Assembly (NCBI GenBank): GCA_965247475.1
Contig: OZ252016.1
Coordinates: 807,971-871,970, forward strand
From: Chloroflexota bacterium
GTDB lineage: Bacteria > Chloroflexota > UBA11872
Direction of reading: 5' to 3'
Length of the DNA: 64,000 nt
The notes under the pieces were generated by a model, which was given only the letters and a program-made list of their open reading frames with translations, was not told the DNA's origin and searched no databases. A program made the position numbers and the translations under genes. How positions within the stretch are numbered: the stretch's first letter is position 1; each line of letters opens with the position of its first letter. This document shows positions 30,671-41,041 of this stretch, piece by piece.

Positions 30671-31537
30671 ATGTTGGATGCAGTAGTCGTAACGCATGAT
30701 CTGCGCGCACAGGCGCTGCGCTGCTTGCGCGCGCTGGCGTCGTCGACCTGCCCCCCGTCGCGCACAATCGTCGTCGACAACGGAACTGACGGCACGGCGG
30801 CGACTATCGCCCAAAGCGACGGGCTGCGAGCCGAAACGATCGAACGCCCCGACAACCCGGGGTTTGGCGGTGCCGCGAACGCGGGCGCGGCAGTTTCAAC
30901 GGCGCCGCTCCTGCTGGTTTGCAATGCCGACGTCTACCCGGCGCACGACGCTCTGGAGCGGCTGGTCGAGCACATGCGGGCCGAGCCGGACGTGGCCTGC
31001 GCGGGGCCGGCGCTGCTCAACCTGGACGGATCGCGGCAGGAGGCGGCCTTCCGCTTCCCGGGCCTGGCCCAAGCCATCATCGATATATGGCCGGCGCCCG
31101 GCTGGTTGCGCCGCAGCCGGCTGAACGGGCGCATTCGGGCGGACGGCGCGCCGGTCGAGATCGATCACCCACTGGGCGCTTTCATGCTGCTGCGGCGGCT
31201 TGCCTTCGACATGGTCGGCGGTTTCGCGACAGAGTTCTGGATGTACTCCGAGGAGACCGATCTGTGCCGGCGCCTCAAGAGCGCCGGCTGGCGGGTGACG
31301 CACGTGCCGGCGGCGCGCGTTTGGCACGCGGGCGGCGCCAGCACGCGGCGCCACGACAGCGAGATGCTGGCGGCGCTCTACGCCAGCCGGTTTCGCTGGT
31401 TCGAGCGGCACGCATCGCCGCCGGTGGCGGTGCTGGCGCGCGCGGCCATGCGCGCGGGGCTCTTCGCGCGCGCGCACTGGCCAGGTCCGCGCCAGCACGC
31501 CTACGCGCGCGCTTTCGAGGCGAGCCGCCGGGTATGA
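30671..31537 (+). CDS. Glycosyltransferase family 2 (WbbL-like)
   Basis: VVDNG, NPGFGGAAN, NAD, MYSEETDLC.R. Confidence 0.9.
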   Translation: MLDAVVVTHDLRAQALRCLRALASSTCPPSRTIVVDNGTDGTAATIAQSDGLRAETIERPDNPGFGGAANAGAAVSTAPLLLVCNADVYPAHDALERLVEHMRAEPDVACAGPALLNLDGSRQEAAFRFPGLAQAIIDIWPAPGWLRRSRLNGRIRADGAPVEIDHPLGAFMLLRRLAFDMVGGFATEFWMYSEETDLCRRLKSAGWRVTHVPAARVWHAGGASTRRHDSEMLAALYASRFRWFERHASPPVAVLARAAMRAGLFARAHWPGPRQHAYARAFEASRRV

Positions 31538-32307
31538 GCGGCCACGTGCCCGTAAGCGCGGTAGTGCTCACGGCCAATGAGTCCGCGAATCTGGATGCGT
31601 GTCTAAAGACGCTTGCCTGGGCGGACGAGCGCCTGGTGGTGGACTCGTTCAGCACCGACGGCAGTATGGACGGCGGGCATGTCGCGGATAGAGTCGTGCA
31701 GCGGCGTTTCGTGGACCACGCCTCCCAACGACAGGAGGCGCTGCTCCGCGCAGTCAACGACTGGGTGCTCTTCGTGGACGCCGACGAGCGCGTTTCGCGG
31801 CCGCTCGCGCAGGAAATCCGCCAGCGTGCCGGGCGCGACGACTACGTGGGCTACTGGATACCGCGGCGCAATCGTATTTTCGGCCGCTGGATGCGCGCCT
31901 CGGGTTGGTGGCCCGACCGGCAGTTGCGCCTGATGGACCGCCGCGCCGCCGCCTACGACCTGCGAAGACCCGTCCACGAGCTCGTGCGGCCTGGCGGCCC
32001 CGTAGGGCTGCTGACTCATCCACTGGAGCACTACAGCTACGCGTCCATAGCGCAGTTTCGATCCCGCCAGCGGCGCCGGGCCCCGCCCACCGCTCGCAGC
32101 CTGTTCGAGTCGGGTGTGCGGCGCCGCCCTACGGCGGTCTTGGCGCAGCCCGTGCGCGAGCTGGTGCGCCGGTTGGTCACGCTGCAGGGGTACCGGGACG
32201 GGCGCGTGGGGTTGCTGCTGGCCCTGCTGATGGCCGAGCACGAATGGCAGATACAGTGGCAGCTGCGCGCCTGCTGGCGGCAAACCGCCGCGCGCGCGTC
32301 CGCGTGA
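31534..32307 (+). CDS. Glycosyltransferase family 2 (WaaE/LgtF-like)
   Basis: VVDSFSTD, WVLFVDADE, WWPD.QLRL, VHE; ATGA coupling. Confidence 0.9.
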   Translation: MSGHVPVSAVVLTANESANLDACLKTLAWADERLVVDSFSTDGSMDGGHVADRVVQRRFVDHASQRQEALLRAVNDWVLFVDADERVSRPLAQEIRQRAGRDDYVGYWIPRRNRIFGRWMRASGWWPDRQLRLMDRRAAAYDLRRPVHELVRPGGPVGLLTHPLEHYSYASIAQFRSRQRRRAPPTARSLFESGVRRRPTAVLAQPVRELVRRLVTLQGYRDGRVGLLLALLMAEHEWQIQWQLRACWRQTAARASA

Positions 32308-33254
32308 CCTCCCCCGCCGGTCCGACCGTCTCCGTCATAACGGTGACGTGGAACTCCGTCGAATGCATCGGCCCGTTTCTCGATTCCGTCCGGGAAACCG
32401 GCGCTGACCTCCCCGGCGGCGTGGAGACGGTCGTCGTCGACAACTGCTCGAGCGACGGCACCAGAGACGAAGTGCGGGCCATGGATGCGGCCGCCAAACT
32501 GCTGGTCACGCATCGCAATCTTGGTTATGGCGGGGCCGCGAACGTAGGACTGGCGGCGGCCAAGGGCGAAACGCTGCTGGTCGCGAATCCGGACGTGGTT
32601 TTTCAGCCGGGCGCGTTGCTTGCATTGCACGAACGGCTGACGTGTGAACCCGCGGTCGGCTGTGTTGCGCCCGTCTACCTGACGGCGGAGGGCGATACGG
32701 AGCTGCCAGGGCGGCGGTTTCCAACCATCGGCGCCGCGCTCGTCGACGGCACCATGCTGGATCGCTGGCTGGGCTTGTCCGAGGTACTGCGCCGCTATTA
32801 CATGCGCGACGCCGCCGGCGCCGAGCAACCGGATTGGGCGCACGGTGCATGCCTCGCATTGCGCGCCTGCGCCGTCCGCAGCGTGGGAGGGTTCGACGGC
32901 GGCTACTTCATGTACGCCGAGGAGCTGGATCTGCTCCGCAGCCTGCAAGCGGCCGGCTGGCGCTGCGCGATCGAGCCGCGTGCGCGCGTCCGCCACCTGG
33001 GCGGCCACAGCGCCGATCGTGACCCGGCGGCGCGCGAGCAGAGCTTCTTCCGCAGCCGCTACCGCCTTGCCGCCAAGACCTGGGGGCGGCCCTTTGCAGC
33101 CTTTCTGCGTCTGTTCGTCGCGGTGGTCGGTCTGGCGCGGCTTGCCGAGGCCATCCTGAAGCTGGCGTATGCGCCCAAGCGCGTCGGCCGTCTGGCCGAG
33201 GCACGGCTGATAGCGCGCGTCACGCTGTGGCAGTGGCTCGGATGGCGGCGATAG
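32304..33254 (+). CDS. Glycosyltransferase family 2 (WbbL-like)
   Basis: VVDNCSSDGT, NLGYGGAAN, NPD, FMYAEELD; GTGA coupling. Confidence 0.9.
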   Translation: MTSPAGPTVSVITVTWNSVECIGPFLDSVRETGADLPGGVETVVVDNCSSDGTRDEVRAMDAAAKLLVTHRNLGYGGAANVGLAAAKGETLLVANPDVVFQPGALLALHERLTCEPAVGCVAPVYLTAEGDTELPGRRFPTIGAALVDGTMLDRWLGLSEVLRRYYMRDAAGAEQPDWAHGACLALRACAVRSVGGFDGGYFMYAEELDLLRSLQAAGWRCAIEPRARVRHLGGHSADRDPAAREQSFFRSRYRLAAKTWGRPFAAFLRLFVAVVGLARLAEAILKLAYAPKRVGRLAEARLIARVTLWQWLGWRR

Positions 33255-34400
33255 GTGCCGCCGCCCGGCCCGCGCATTCTGTTCGTATCCGGCGAGTACC
33301 CCCCGCGCATCGGCGGTATCGGAGACCACGTGGTGCGTCTGCGGGCCGAGCTGGAGGCGCAAGGCGCCAAGACGTGGGTCGCGACCGAGTCCGTGCGCGC
33401 GCCCGACGCGTCCAGCCGCACGTATCCGGCGCGCCCGCGACCCTGGGGCCGCTTGCTCGCGGCGGTCGTCCGCCTGGTGCGGGTCATGAAGCCGGACGTG
33501 GTCCACGTGCAGTACCAGCCCGGTGCGTTCGAGTCGCCCGCGCAGGTCTCGCTGCTCCCGGCGGCGCTGCGACTCGCCGGCTACCGCGAGACGCTGGCGG
33601 TCACGTTCCACGATCGCGGCGTGCCGTACCTCTTCCCCAAGGCGGGTCGGCTGCGCCGGACCGCCGTGGACGTCCTCCGCCGCGCCGCCGATGTGGTCAT
33701 ATACGTCGACGCCAATGACGCCGGCGCTGACGGGCAGGTGCCGGCGGCCGCGCGCGGCTGGCGCCACATCCCGAGCGGCCCGACGGTCGAGCCGCCCGAT
33801 GATCTTCCCGATCGCGCCGAGCTCCGTGGTGAGCTCGGCGCTGACGCCGATACGTATCTCGTCGGGTTCTTCGGATTCCGACAGCGAAGCAAGGGTGTCG
33901 ACGTTCTGAGCGACGCGGTACGGCAACCCGAATTGCGCGATCGGCGCCTACGGCTTGCGCTGATCGGCGCCGCCGCGCCCGGGACAGGCCCGCGGCGTGC
34001 GGAGCCGGCCGTCCCATCAGCAATGTTCGACGGCATCGATCGCATCGACACCGGCGCGCTGGCGCCGCGGGAAGTGTCGGCGTGGCTGCACGCATGCGAT
34101 GTCGTCGTCCTGCCGTATCGCGACGGCCTGTCCACGCGCCATGGAACGTTCATGACCACCGTCGCCCACGGCGTGCCCGTCATCACCACGCGCCCCGCGA
34201 GCGCCTCGCCCCCGGAGGTCACGGACCGCGAGGTGGCGTACGTGCCACCCGGCGATGCCGCCGCCATCGCCTCCGCGCTCGTTCGGATTCACGATCAGCC
34301 GGAGTACCGGCGCTCGCTGCTGGCCGGCGCGCGGGCGGTCGCGCGGCGCTACTCGTGGCGTCGCATCGCCGAGCGGACGCTTGCCGCGTATGAAGCCTAG
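33255..34400 (+). CDS. Glycosyltransferase family 4
   Basis: EYPPRIGGIGD, FFGF...SKG, DVVVLPY, GVPVITT, YSW. Confidence 0.9.
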   Translation: MPPPGPRILFVSGEYPPRIGGIGDHVVRLRAELEAQGAKTWVATESVRAPDASSRTYPARPRPWGRLLAAVVRLVRVMKPDVVHVQYQPGAFESPAQVSLLPAALRLAGYRETLAVTFHDRGVPYLFPKAGRLRRTAVDVLRRAADVVIYVDANDAGADGQVPAAARGWRHIPSGPTVEPPDDLPDRAELRGELGADADTYLVGFFGFRQRSKGVDVLSDAVRQPELRDRRLRLALIGAAAPGTGPRRAEPAVPSAMFDGIDRIDTGALAPREVSAWLHACDVVVLPYRDGLSTRHGTFMTTVAHGVPVITTRPASASPPEVTDREVAYVPPGDAAAIASALVRIHDQPEYRRSLLAGARAVARRYSWRRIAERTLAAYEA

Positions 34401-36435
34401 CGTCGGGTCGCTGGCGGCTCGGCTGCGCCGCGGGGCGGCGGCGCTCATGACGCCGCGGATCGCGCTGCTCACGCTGATCGTGGGCGGCGCGGCGCTGCGG
34501 GTCTTCAGGCTGGCGGAACTCGGCGATTTCGACTTCGACGAAGTCGCATCGATCTGGTACGCGCGATCGGATCCCGGCGACATATTCAGCACGATCGCCG
34601 GCGCCCCGTTCGAGCACCCGCCCTTCTACTACGTCGCGCTGCACTACTGGATATCGTGGTTCGGTGAGGCCGAGCCGATCGCGCGGGCCTTTTCCATACC
34701 GTTCGGCGTGCTGCTGATTCCCGCGACGTACCGCCTGGCGCGGTGCTACGTGCGCGAATGGCCCGCGGTCTTCGCGGCCGGCGTCGTGACGGCGTCGCCG
34801 CTGCTGGTCTTCTACAGCCGCGAGACCCGCATGTACGCGCCGGCCGCCCTGTTCGGCGTGCTCGCGCTGGTGTTCTTCGAGCAGGCCATGCGAGGCGGAC
34901 GACGGCGCCACTGGGTGGGTCTTGCCGCGACGCTCGTCATCGGCGCCTACGTCGATTTCACCATCGCACTGGCCGCGGTCGCGATGACCGTGGTGCTGCT
35001 GTTCCGCTACCGGGTCTCGCCGCGCCGGGTCACCGGCTTCCTGATTCTGGAACTCGTCGCAATCGCCTTTGTCGTGCCCTGGCTGCTGGTCGCGAGCGGC
35101 CTGCGCGACAGCCTGCCGGCGCTGGGGACCGGGGATCTGACCCCAGGGGTGCTAGGCGCGGTGGCTTCAAGCGCGGGACTCGATTTGTTCGTCGGGATCG
35201 AGGACGTGCGCGGCGGGCGCTCGGCCCTCGTCGTAGCGATCTTCACCGGCGCGCTCGTGGTCGCGGGCATCGCGATCTCGGCCGTCCGGCGGCGTCACGG
35301 GCTGCTGGTCGCGTATCTTGGCGCTTCGGTCGGTTTCCTGGCCCTGTTGCTCGTGTTCGACAAGCAGTACCAGGCCCGCTATGTGCTGCCCGCGGTCCCG
35401 GCGGCGGCGATACTCGCGGCGATCGCACTGGCCTCCGTGCGCGGGAAGCGGATCGCGATGCTGGTCGGGGCGGTCGCCACCGTGGCCGCCATCGCGGGTC
35501 CCGTGTTTGCGTCGCGGACCTACTTCACCGACTACGTCCGCGCCGACTACCGGTCGATCACGACGACGATCGAGGCGCTCGCGCGACCGATACGCCCGGG
35601 CCGCGATGCAGGCAAGTTCCGCGACGCCGTCGTGCTCTCGGGTCCCTGGCAGGGTTGGTATTGGCGGCACTACTTTCCGGACTTCCTGGACAAGGTTGAC
35701 GTTTGGTTCTTGCCGGACGAGGTTCCGCCCGCCGTCACATCGGCCGAGGTCGAAGCAAAGCTGGCGCGCGCTTCGGACAATCATCGGCGCCTTTGGGTGG
35801 TGCTCGCCGGCCTCGAGCAAGCCGACCCCGATAGACGCGTGCAGTCGTGGCTTGACACGCACCTCTGGAGAGCCCGGTCCGAGGTCTACCGCAACGGCGT
35901 GCTGCACCTCTACCTGACAAATCTGATCGACCTCGTGGATCGAAGAGGCCCAGTGCACATTGCGGGGGACTTCTACACCGAGAAGATTCACTTCGGCGGG
36001 TATCGGGAAGATCAGGGCCCCAGCGAGGCGGGGGATGGCATCCGCTTCAACATCTTTCTCCAGTCGACCCGGGACATCTCATACGATCTGCGCATTCGAG
36101 TTTCGGTGGTCGGTCCGGATGGACAGGTTTATGCCAACGAGGAATGGGCGCGCGACCCCTGGACCCGCCGGACATCCGAATGGCCGCCCGGCGAAACATA
36201 CTTGCAGCGGGCCGCCGTCTGGGTGCCGAGCGAGGCGATGCCGGGCGACTATCACGCGTACGTGGCGTTCATAGATCCCGAAGGCGCCAAGATCCCGATG
36301 ACCGGCACGATGTCAAAGAATGTCTACGAGCACGAGCGCGACGCGATTCTGGGGCTCGTTCGGATCGTTGAGCCGTCGATCCCGCTCCCGAACGAGGCCG
36401 AGCTGCGCGCCGCGCTCAGCCCGCCGATCGGCTGA
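34390..36435 (+). CDS. GT-C (PMT/ArnT, GT39-like) membrane glycosyltransferase
   Basis: FDE, HPPFYY, YSRETRMY, ARY; many TM helices plus extracellular C-terminal domain. Confidence 0.88.
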   Translation: MKPSVGSLAARLRRGAAALMTPRIALLTLIVGGAALRVFRLAELGDFDFDEVASIWYARSDPGDIFSTIAGAPFEHPPFYYVALHYWISWFGEAEPIARAFSIPFGVLLIPATYRLARCYVREWPAVFAAGVVTASPLLVFYSRETRMYAPAALFGVLALVFFEQAMRGGRRRHWVGLAATLVIGAYVDFTIALAAVAMTVVLLFRYRVSPRRVTGFLILELVAIAFVVPWLLVASGLRDSLPALGTGDLTPGVLGAVASSAGLDLFVGIEDVRGGRSALVVAIFTGALVVAGIAISAVRRRHGLLVAYLGASVGFLALLLVFDKQYQARYVLPAVPAAAILAAIALASVRGKRIAMLVGAVATVAAIAGPVFASRTYFTDYVRADYRSITTTIEALARPIRPGRDAGKFRDAVVLSGPWQGWYWRHYFPDFLDKVDVWFLPDEVPPAVTSAEVEAKLARASDNHRRLWVVLAGLEQADPDRRVQSWLDTHLWRARSEVYRNGVLHLYLTNLIDLVDRRGPVHIAGDFYTEKIHFGGYREDQGPSEAGDGIRFNIFLQSTRDISYDLRIRVSVVGPDGQVYANEEWARDPWTRRTSEWPPGETYLQRAAVWVPSEAMPGDYHAYVAFIDPEGAKIPMTGTMSKNVYEHERDAILGLVRIVEPSIPLPNEAELRAALSPPIG

Positions 36436-36477
36436 CGGCTCGCGTCGCGCGCGCATCGGCTGCGCGCTATTGGCCGC

Positions 36478-38055
36478 TCAGCCCGTGCCCGTTCGTCGGG
36501 TGAATGCCGCGCCGGCCTCGCGCAGCTCCGAAATGCGAATCCCGCGCGTCACGAGGAGCACGGCCAGATACCCGGCCCCCGCCGTCACCGCGGCCGCGAC
36601 CCAGTAGAGGCCAAGGTCGCGCAACGGCCACGCGATGGCGCCAAACGCCAGCGCCGCGAGGACCGGACGCACGGCGGGCTCGAGCGCGCGACGGTTGACC
36701 CGGTCGTTGCGCAACAGCCACGCGAGGATCACGAGCAGGACGGCCTCACTGGCAATCGTCGTTGCCGCGGCGGCGACGAACCCGAAGGCGGGTACCAGCG
36801 CCAGGTTCAGCGCGAGATTGAACACCGTCGTCGTGACGAAGGCGGGCACCAGCCGCCACTGCCGGTCCTGTGATATCAGCACGTACTGCAGCGTGCCGTT
36901 GAGATAGCTGAGCGGGAGGAACCAGATCAGGATCGCGAGCGCCGTGGCGGAGGTCGGCAAGTAGTCCGGTCCCAGCAGCGCGTCAATCAGATCGGTGGCG
37001 AACACGAACAGAAACGCCACCGCCCCCGCGCCCACGGTGATCAGGATGCGCCAGGTGCGCGCGAACCAATCGGCCAGCATCGCCGGATCGGCGGCGGTCC
37101 GCGCCATCAGCGGAAACGCCGCCAGCACCACCGCGGCCGGGAACACATTGAGTGCATTGATGAATTTGTACGCGGCGTTGTAGTGGCCGACCACGGTGGT
37201 GCCCTGCAGCGGCTGCAGGACCAGAATGTCGAGCTGCACGAACGCGGTCGCGAGCAGGCTGTTGAGCATCAGCGGGAGCGCCGCGCGGGCGAGTCCGCGG
37301 AGATCCTCGGAACCCGCGCGCCAGCCGTCTCGGAGCAGTTCGAAGCCGACCGGCCGGGCGAGCGCGATGAACGTCACGGCGCTCGAGATGAGCCCCGCGA
37401 GCGCGATTCCAAGCACGCCCAGGCCCGCGCCCAGAAACACTAGGCCAAGTCCGACCGTCAGACCGGATGTTCCGGCCACGACCAGACCGCGGCGATCCAT
37501 TCGTTCCCAGCCACCGTAGATCGAGGCGTAGGCTTGATTCACCGCCGATGGGACCAGCCCCGCCGCCAAGAGGCCCGCCGTCGCCAGCGTCACGTCCGAG
37601 ATCGTGCCCGTCAGCCGGTAGATGCCCGCCACCAGAACCATCGTCGGAACGCTCACGGCCACAAGCCGCACGCGCAGCGCCAGCGACGCCCGGAACCAGC
37701 GCTCGGTCTGCGCGCTGTCGCGCGCGACCTCGCGCGTCAGCAGCGTTCCGAGCCCGAAGTCCACCAGCGCCGCGAAGTACAGCAGCAGGTTCAAGGCGAA
37801 CGCGTACTCGCCGTTGCCCTCCGGTTTGAGCAGCCGGAGCGCCACGATCCAGAAGCCCCAGAACAAGATCCGATCGGCCAGATTGGTAGCGATCGGTGTG
37901 ATGGCGTTGCGGGCGAACCGTCGTTGGCCCGGCTCTGGCGCGCGCTCGTGGGGGGGGCTGACCGGCCGCAATGCCAGAACGGACAGGAAGACGACGGCCA
38001 GCGCGGCCAATAGGCCGCCGGCTGCGGCGAGGATTGGGGTTGAGCCGGCGGCCAC
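36478..38055 (-). CDS. Wzx-type oligosaccharide flippase
   Basis: DFGLGTLLTREVAR, VGHYNAAYK, FNLALNL.LVP..G..AAA; 12-14 TM helices. Confidence 0.9.
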   Translation of the reverse strand: MAAGSTPILAAAGGLLAALAVVFLSVLALRPVSPPHERAPEPGQRRFARNAITPIATNLADRILFWGFWIVALRLLKPEGNGEYAFALNLLLYFAALVDFGLGTLLTREVARDSAQTERWFRASLALRVRLVAVSVPTMVLVAGIYRLTGTISDVTLATAGLLAAGLVPSAVNQAYASIYGGWERMDRRGLVVAGTSGLTVGLGLVFLGAGLGVLGIALAGLISSAVTFIALARPVGFELLRDGWRAGSEDLRGLARAALPLMLNSLLATAFVQLDILVLQPLQGTTVVGHYNAAYKFINALNVFPAAVVLAAFPLMARTAADPAMLADWFARTWRILITVGAGAVAFLFVFATDLIDALLGPDYLPTSATALAILIWFLPLSYLNGTLQYVLISQDRQWRLVPAFVTTTVFNLALNLALVPAFGFVAAAATTIASEAVLLVILAWLLRNDRVNRRALEPAVRPVLAALAFGAIAWPLRDLGLYWVAAAVTAGAGYLAVLLVTRGIRISELREAGAAFTRRTGTG

Positions 38056-38206
38056 TATGGGGAGGTTTGCGGACCCGGCCCCCTTACGGGACCTCCGCCC
38101 TCACGCGATGGGTCCACGCCACATATAACGTGCTGCATCCACAAAATGTTGCGCGGTTCTCGCCATACATACAAGATTGTCAGACGAGCGCGAGGGACAG
38201 TCTGCC

Positions 38207-38395
38207 GTGGCCTCACTGACGACGAACGAATACGAGTGTCTCGACTGCGGAAACCGCTATCGAGTCCTGCTCAAATTCGTCGCCACGCGAAATGACGACC
38301 GCGGCTGCCCGGACTGCGGGAGCTTCAATCGCCGCCGCCGGCGCGATGGGCTCGGCCTGCTCCGGGACGTATTCCTGACGCACAGCACTGTCTGA
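38207..38395 (+). CDS. Small FmdB-like zinc-ribbon protein
   Basis: YECLDCG...CPDCGS. Confidence 0.7.
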   Translation: MASLTTNEYECLDCGNRYRVLLKFVATRNDDRGCPDCGSFNRRRRRDGLGLLRDVFLTHSTV

Positions 38396-38533
38396 CTGGT
38401 CTCCGATGGCGTTGGCGGGTCCAACGCGACACTCGCCGGGGTCATGGATCTGCTCGGAGACGACTGAGCGACCCGCCGCTTTGGGGCATCTCCGTACAAT
38501 CGCCGGGCCCGCGCGTCCAACCGCCACTATTCC

Positions 38534-39157
38534 TTGGGCTACGACCTAACCCCGCCGGCTCGGCGCGCATTGTGGGTGCTTGCCCTGACGTTCGCCGTCT
38601 TTGGCCTCTTCTTGCTGTTCGAGCGGGCCATGGCGCGATGCGGGCTGGACTTGATCGTCTACTACGAGCCCGCCACGGTCAGCGAGAACCGACGGCTGCC
38701 CTCCGATGGTCGGGATGATCCCGCCCTCGCGATTCGAACCGTCCTCACGTTTGACGAGGTCAAGTTCCGCAGCCTGACCGCGCTGATGTTCCACGGAGAC
38801 GCGCTGGCCACGGTGGACGCTGCGTTTCTCCGCGATGAGTACCTGCGCGGGACGGTGATCGTGGGCGTCAACACGCCCGTCCAGACCATGGCCGGGCTGC
38901 TCGACCCAACGCTGCCCGACGTCGTGACGGTCCCCGACAATCTTCGTGAGCCGTTCTTCCTGGTCGTAACCAGGAATCCCGAGCATTGCCTGAACGGGTT
39001 GCGCGCGGGTTGTGGTGACTTCGTCGTGGAGGCTCACAGCTTCGTGGGATTCCCGGACCTAGACAAACAGGTCCGCGCGGCGTTGGAGGTGCGCCTGCGG
39101 GAGCTGCGGGCGGAGCGCGAGGCGCAGGCCGCGGTCACGTCGGCCCCAGGCTCTTGA
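38534..39157 (+). CDS. Hypothetical membrane-anchored protein
   Basis: 207-aa ORF with one N-terminal TM; TACAAT upstream. Confidence 0.6.
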   Translation: MGYDLTPPARRALWVLALTFAVFGLFLLFERAMARCGLDLIVYYEPATVSENRRLPSDGRDDPALAIRTVLTFDEVKFRSLTALMFHGDALATVDAAFLRDEYLRGTVIVGVNTPVQTMAGLLDPTLPDVVTVPDNLREPFFLVVTRNPEHCLNGLRAGCGDFVVEAHSFVGFPDLDKQVRAALEVRLRELRAEREAQAAVTSAPGS

Positions 39158-39319
39158 CCGCGGCGCATGCGTTACACGCGTCCGCCGCGGACGTTCAATA
39201 GCGCGAGATGATGGCGGAGACTGAGTCGTCTGGCGACCCCCGATCGCACGCAGGTCCGGCCCCGTGCGCGTCGGGCGCCGCCGGCCGCCGAGCGAAAGCG
39301 CCGCACTAGATTGCCGGCC

Positions 39320-41041
39320 ATGGAGCGTCGAACGTCCCACCATTGGACGGCGCACCGGCTCGGTCGGAGACCGGTGCTGGCGGCGCTGGCGCTCGCGCCG
39401 TGGCTCGCTCGCGCGTCCGGCGTGCAGGCTCAAGAGGCCCAGGAGAGCCAAGAGACCCCCGACTTCAGCGCGTCGCTCGAGTCGGCCGTGTTCGGCGCAA
39501 GGTCGCCATGGGGCGTGGCCGTCGATCGCCAAGGCCGCGTGCACATCACCGATTCCCAGCAGCATCAAGTCGTGCGGCGAGCGCCGGACAGCGTCTGGTT
39601 CCAGATCATCTCGAGCGAAGGCACGGCGGCGGGACACCTGCGACGGCCGCAAGGAATAGCGCTCGATCCCTCGGGCGAGATCTACGTGGTGGACGGGGGC
39701 AACCAGCGGATTCAAGTGTTCTCGGCCGAGGGGGTGTTCCTCCGCGGGTGGGGAGGGCGTGGCGGCGATCCGGGTGAGTTCAGGGCGCCGCGCGGGATCG
39801 ACATCGGACCCGACGGGCACGTCTATGTTGCGGATGGCTTCAATGACCGGATTCAAAAGTTCACCCTCGAGGGCGAATTCGTCGCGTCCTGGGGCTCGCG
39901 CGGCCGCGAGGAGGGCCAGTTCAGCTCACCCACCGGCATTGCCGTGAGCCCATCTGGCACGGTCTTCGTTGCCGACCGGTTTCGCGACCGGGTCCAGGCC
40001 TTCACGCCCGACGGTGTATTCGTTCGCTTCGCGGCGGCGGCCCCGGACATCCGAAGCCCGGTCGGCGTCGCGGTCGATGCCGCCGAGCGCCTCTACGTGA
40101 GCGAAGACGTTGACCATCGAGTGGCCGTGTTCGACCCGGACGGGACTCTCATCGGTCGATTCGGCGTCGAGGGCAGATCGCTCGGTCAATTCCACTTTCC
40201 GCGCGACGTCGCGCTGGACGAGGCCGGGAAGGTCTACGTCGCCGACAGCTTCAATCTGCGAGTTCAGGTGTTCGCGACCTCGTTGCCGGCGCTCACGCCG
40301 CCGCCGGGGTCGGCGGATCTCTCTATCGGGATCGCTTTGACCAGCCCACACGCGTCTCCGTTGCCGCACAACATTGTCGACCTGCAGGTGCGGCTCGATG
40401 ACGAGCTGTGGACGATCGGGTTTCGATCCTATTTTCGCGCCACCGGCGGCCTGCGCCGCTGGGGATGGGCGATATCCGAGCCGCTCCGCGAGCATGCGGG
40501 CACCGTCACGCAGTACTTCCAACGCGGCGTCATGGATTGGGCGTCCGACGGCCGCGGTGGATATGCGGTCTTCCCGCGGCCGGTCTGGGACTACATCGGC
40601 GGCGGTCGCGGGGGCGCTCCCGACATGGGGGTCGAGACGGCGGTGCTGTCCGATCAGCCAGGCGAGGTCGTTGGAGACTGGGGGCATCGTGTCTCCAACT
40701 TCGCGATCGACGGCACCGAGGTCGGGTTCGCCGACTTCTTTGATGAGTTCGGCGGCCGGGAGATGTTCGGCGCGCCGCGCACAGAGGCGCGAGTCGACAC
40801 CGGCGCCGCCGGCACGGTCTTCGATTGGCAGTCGACCCGCGGCGTGATCCGACAGTACTTTCAGAACGCCGTCTTCGAGCACGCACCGAGCCTGCAGCCG
40901 CCCGTGCAGCTCAAGCTTCTCGGCGTCCGGCTCCGCGATCGTTCATATCCGAACGAGTCCTGGCAAACGGTCGGCCCGTTCGCCGACGCCGCACCCGTGG
41001 CCGTTGGGGAGCAGATCCCCATTGAGCTCGTGACCGCCTAG
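39320..41041 (+). CDS. Tat-exported NHL-repeat protein with C-terminal cell-surface domain
   Basis: GRRPVL twin-arginine signal; six NHL repeats (P.GIA.D..G.IYV.D..N.RIQVF); two QYFQ-containing repeats. Confidence 0.85.
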   Translation: MERRTSHHWTAHRLGRRPVLAALALAPWLARASGVQAQEAQESQETPDFSASLESAVFGARSPWGVAVDRQGRVHITDSQQHQVVRRAPDSVWFQIISSEGTAAGHLRRPQGIALDPSGEIYVVDGGNQRIQVFSAEGVFLRGWGGRGGDPGEFRAPRGIDIGPDGHVYVADGFNDRIQKFTLEGEFVASWGSRGREEGQFSSPTGIAVSPSGTVFVADRFRDRVQAFTPDGVFVRFAAAAPDIRSPVGVAVDAAERLYVSEDVDHRVAVFDPDGTLIGRFGVEGRSLGQFHFPRDVALDEAGKVYVADSFNLRVQVFATSLPALTPPPGSADLSIGIALTSPHASPLPHNIVDLQVRLDDELWTIGFRSYFRATGGLRRWGWAISEPLREHAGTVTQYFQRGVMDWASDGRGGYAVFPRPVWDYIGGGRGGAPDMGVETAVLSDQPGEVVGDWGHRVSNFAIDGTEVGFADFFDEFGGREMFGAPRTEARVDTGAAGTVFDWQSTRGVIRQYFQNAVFEHAPSLQPPVQLKLLGVRLRDRSYPNESWQTVGPFADAAPVAVGEQIPIELVTA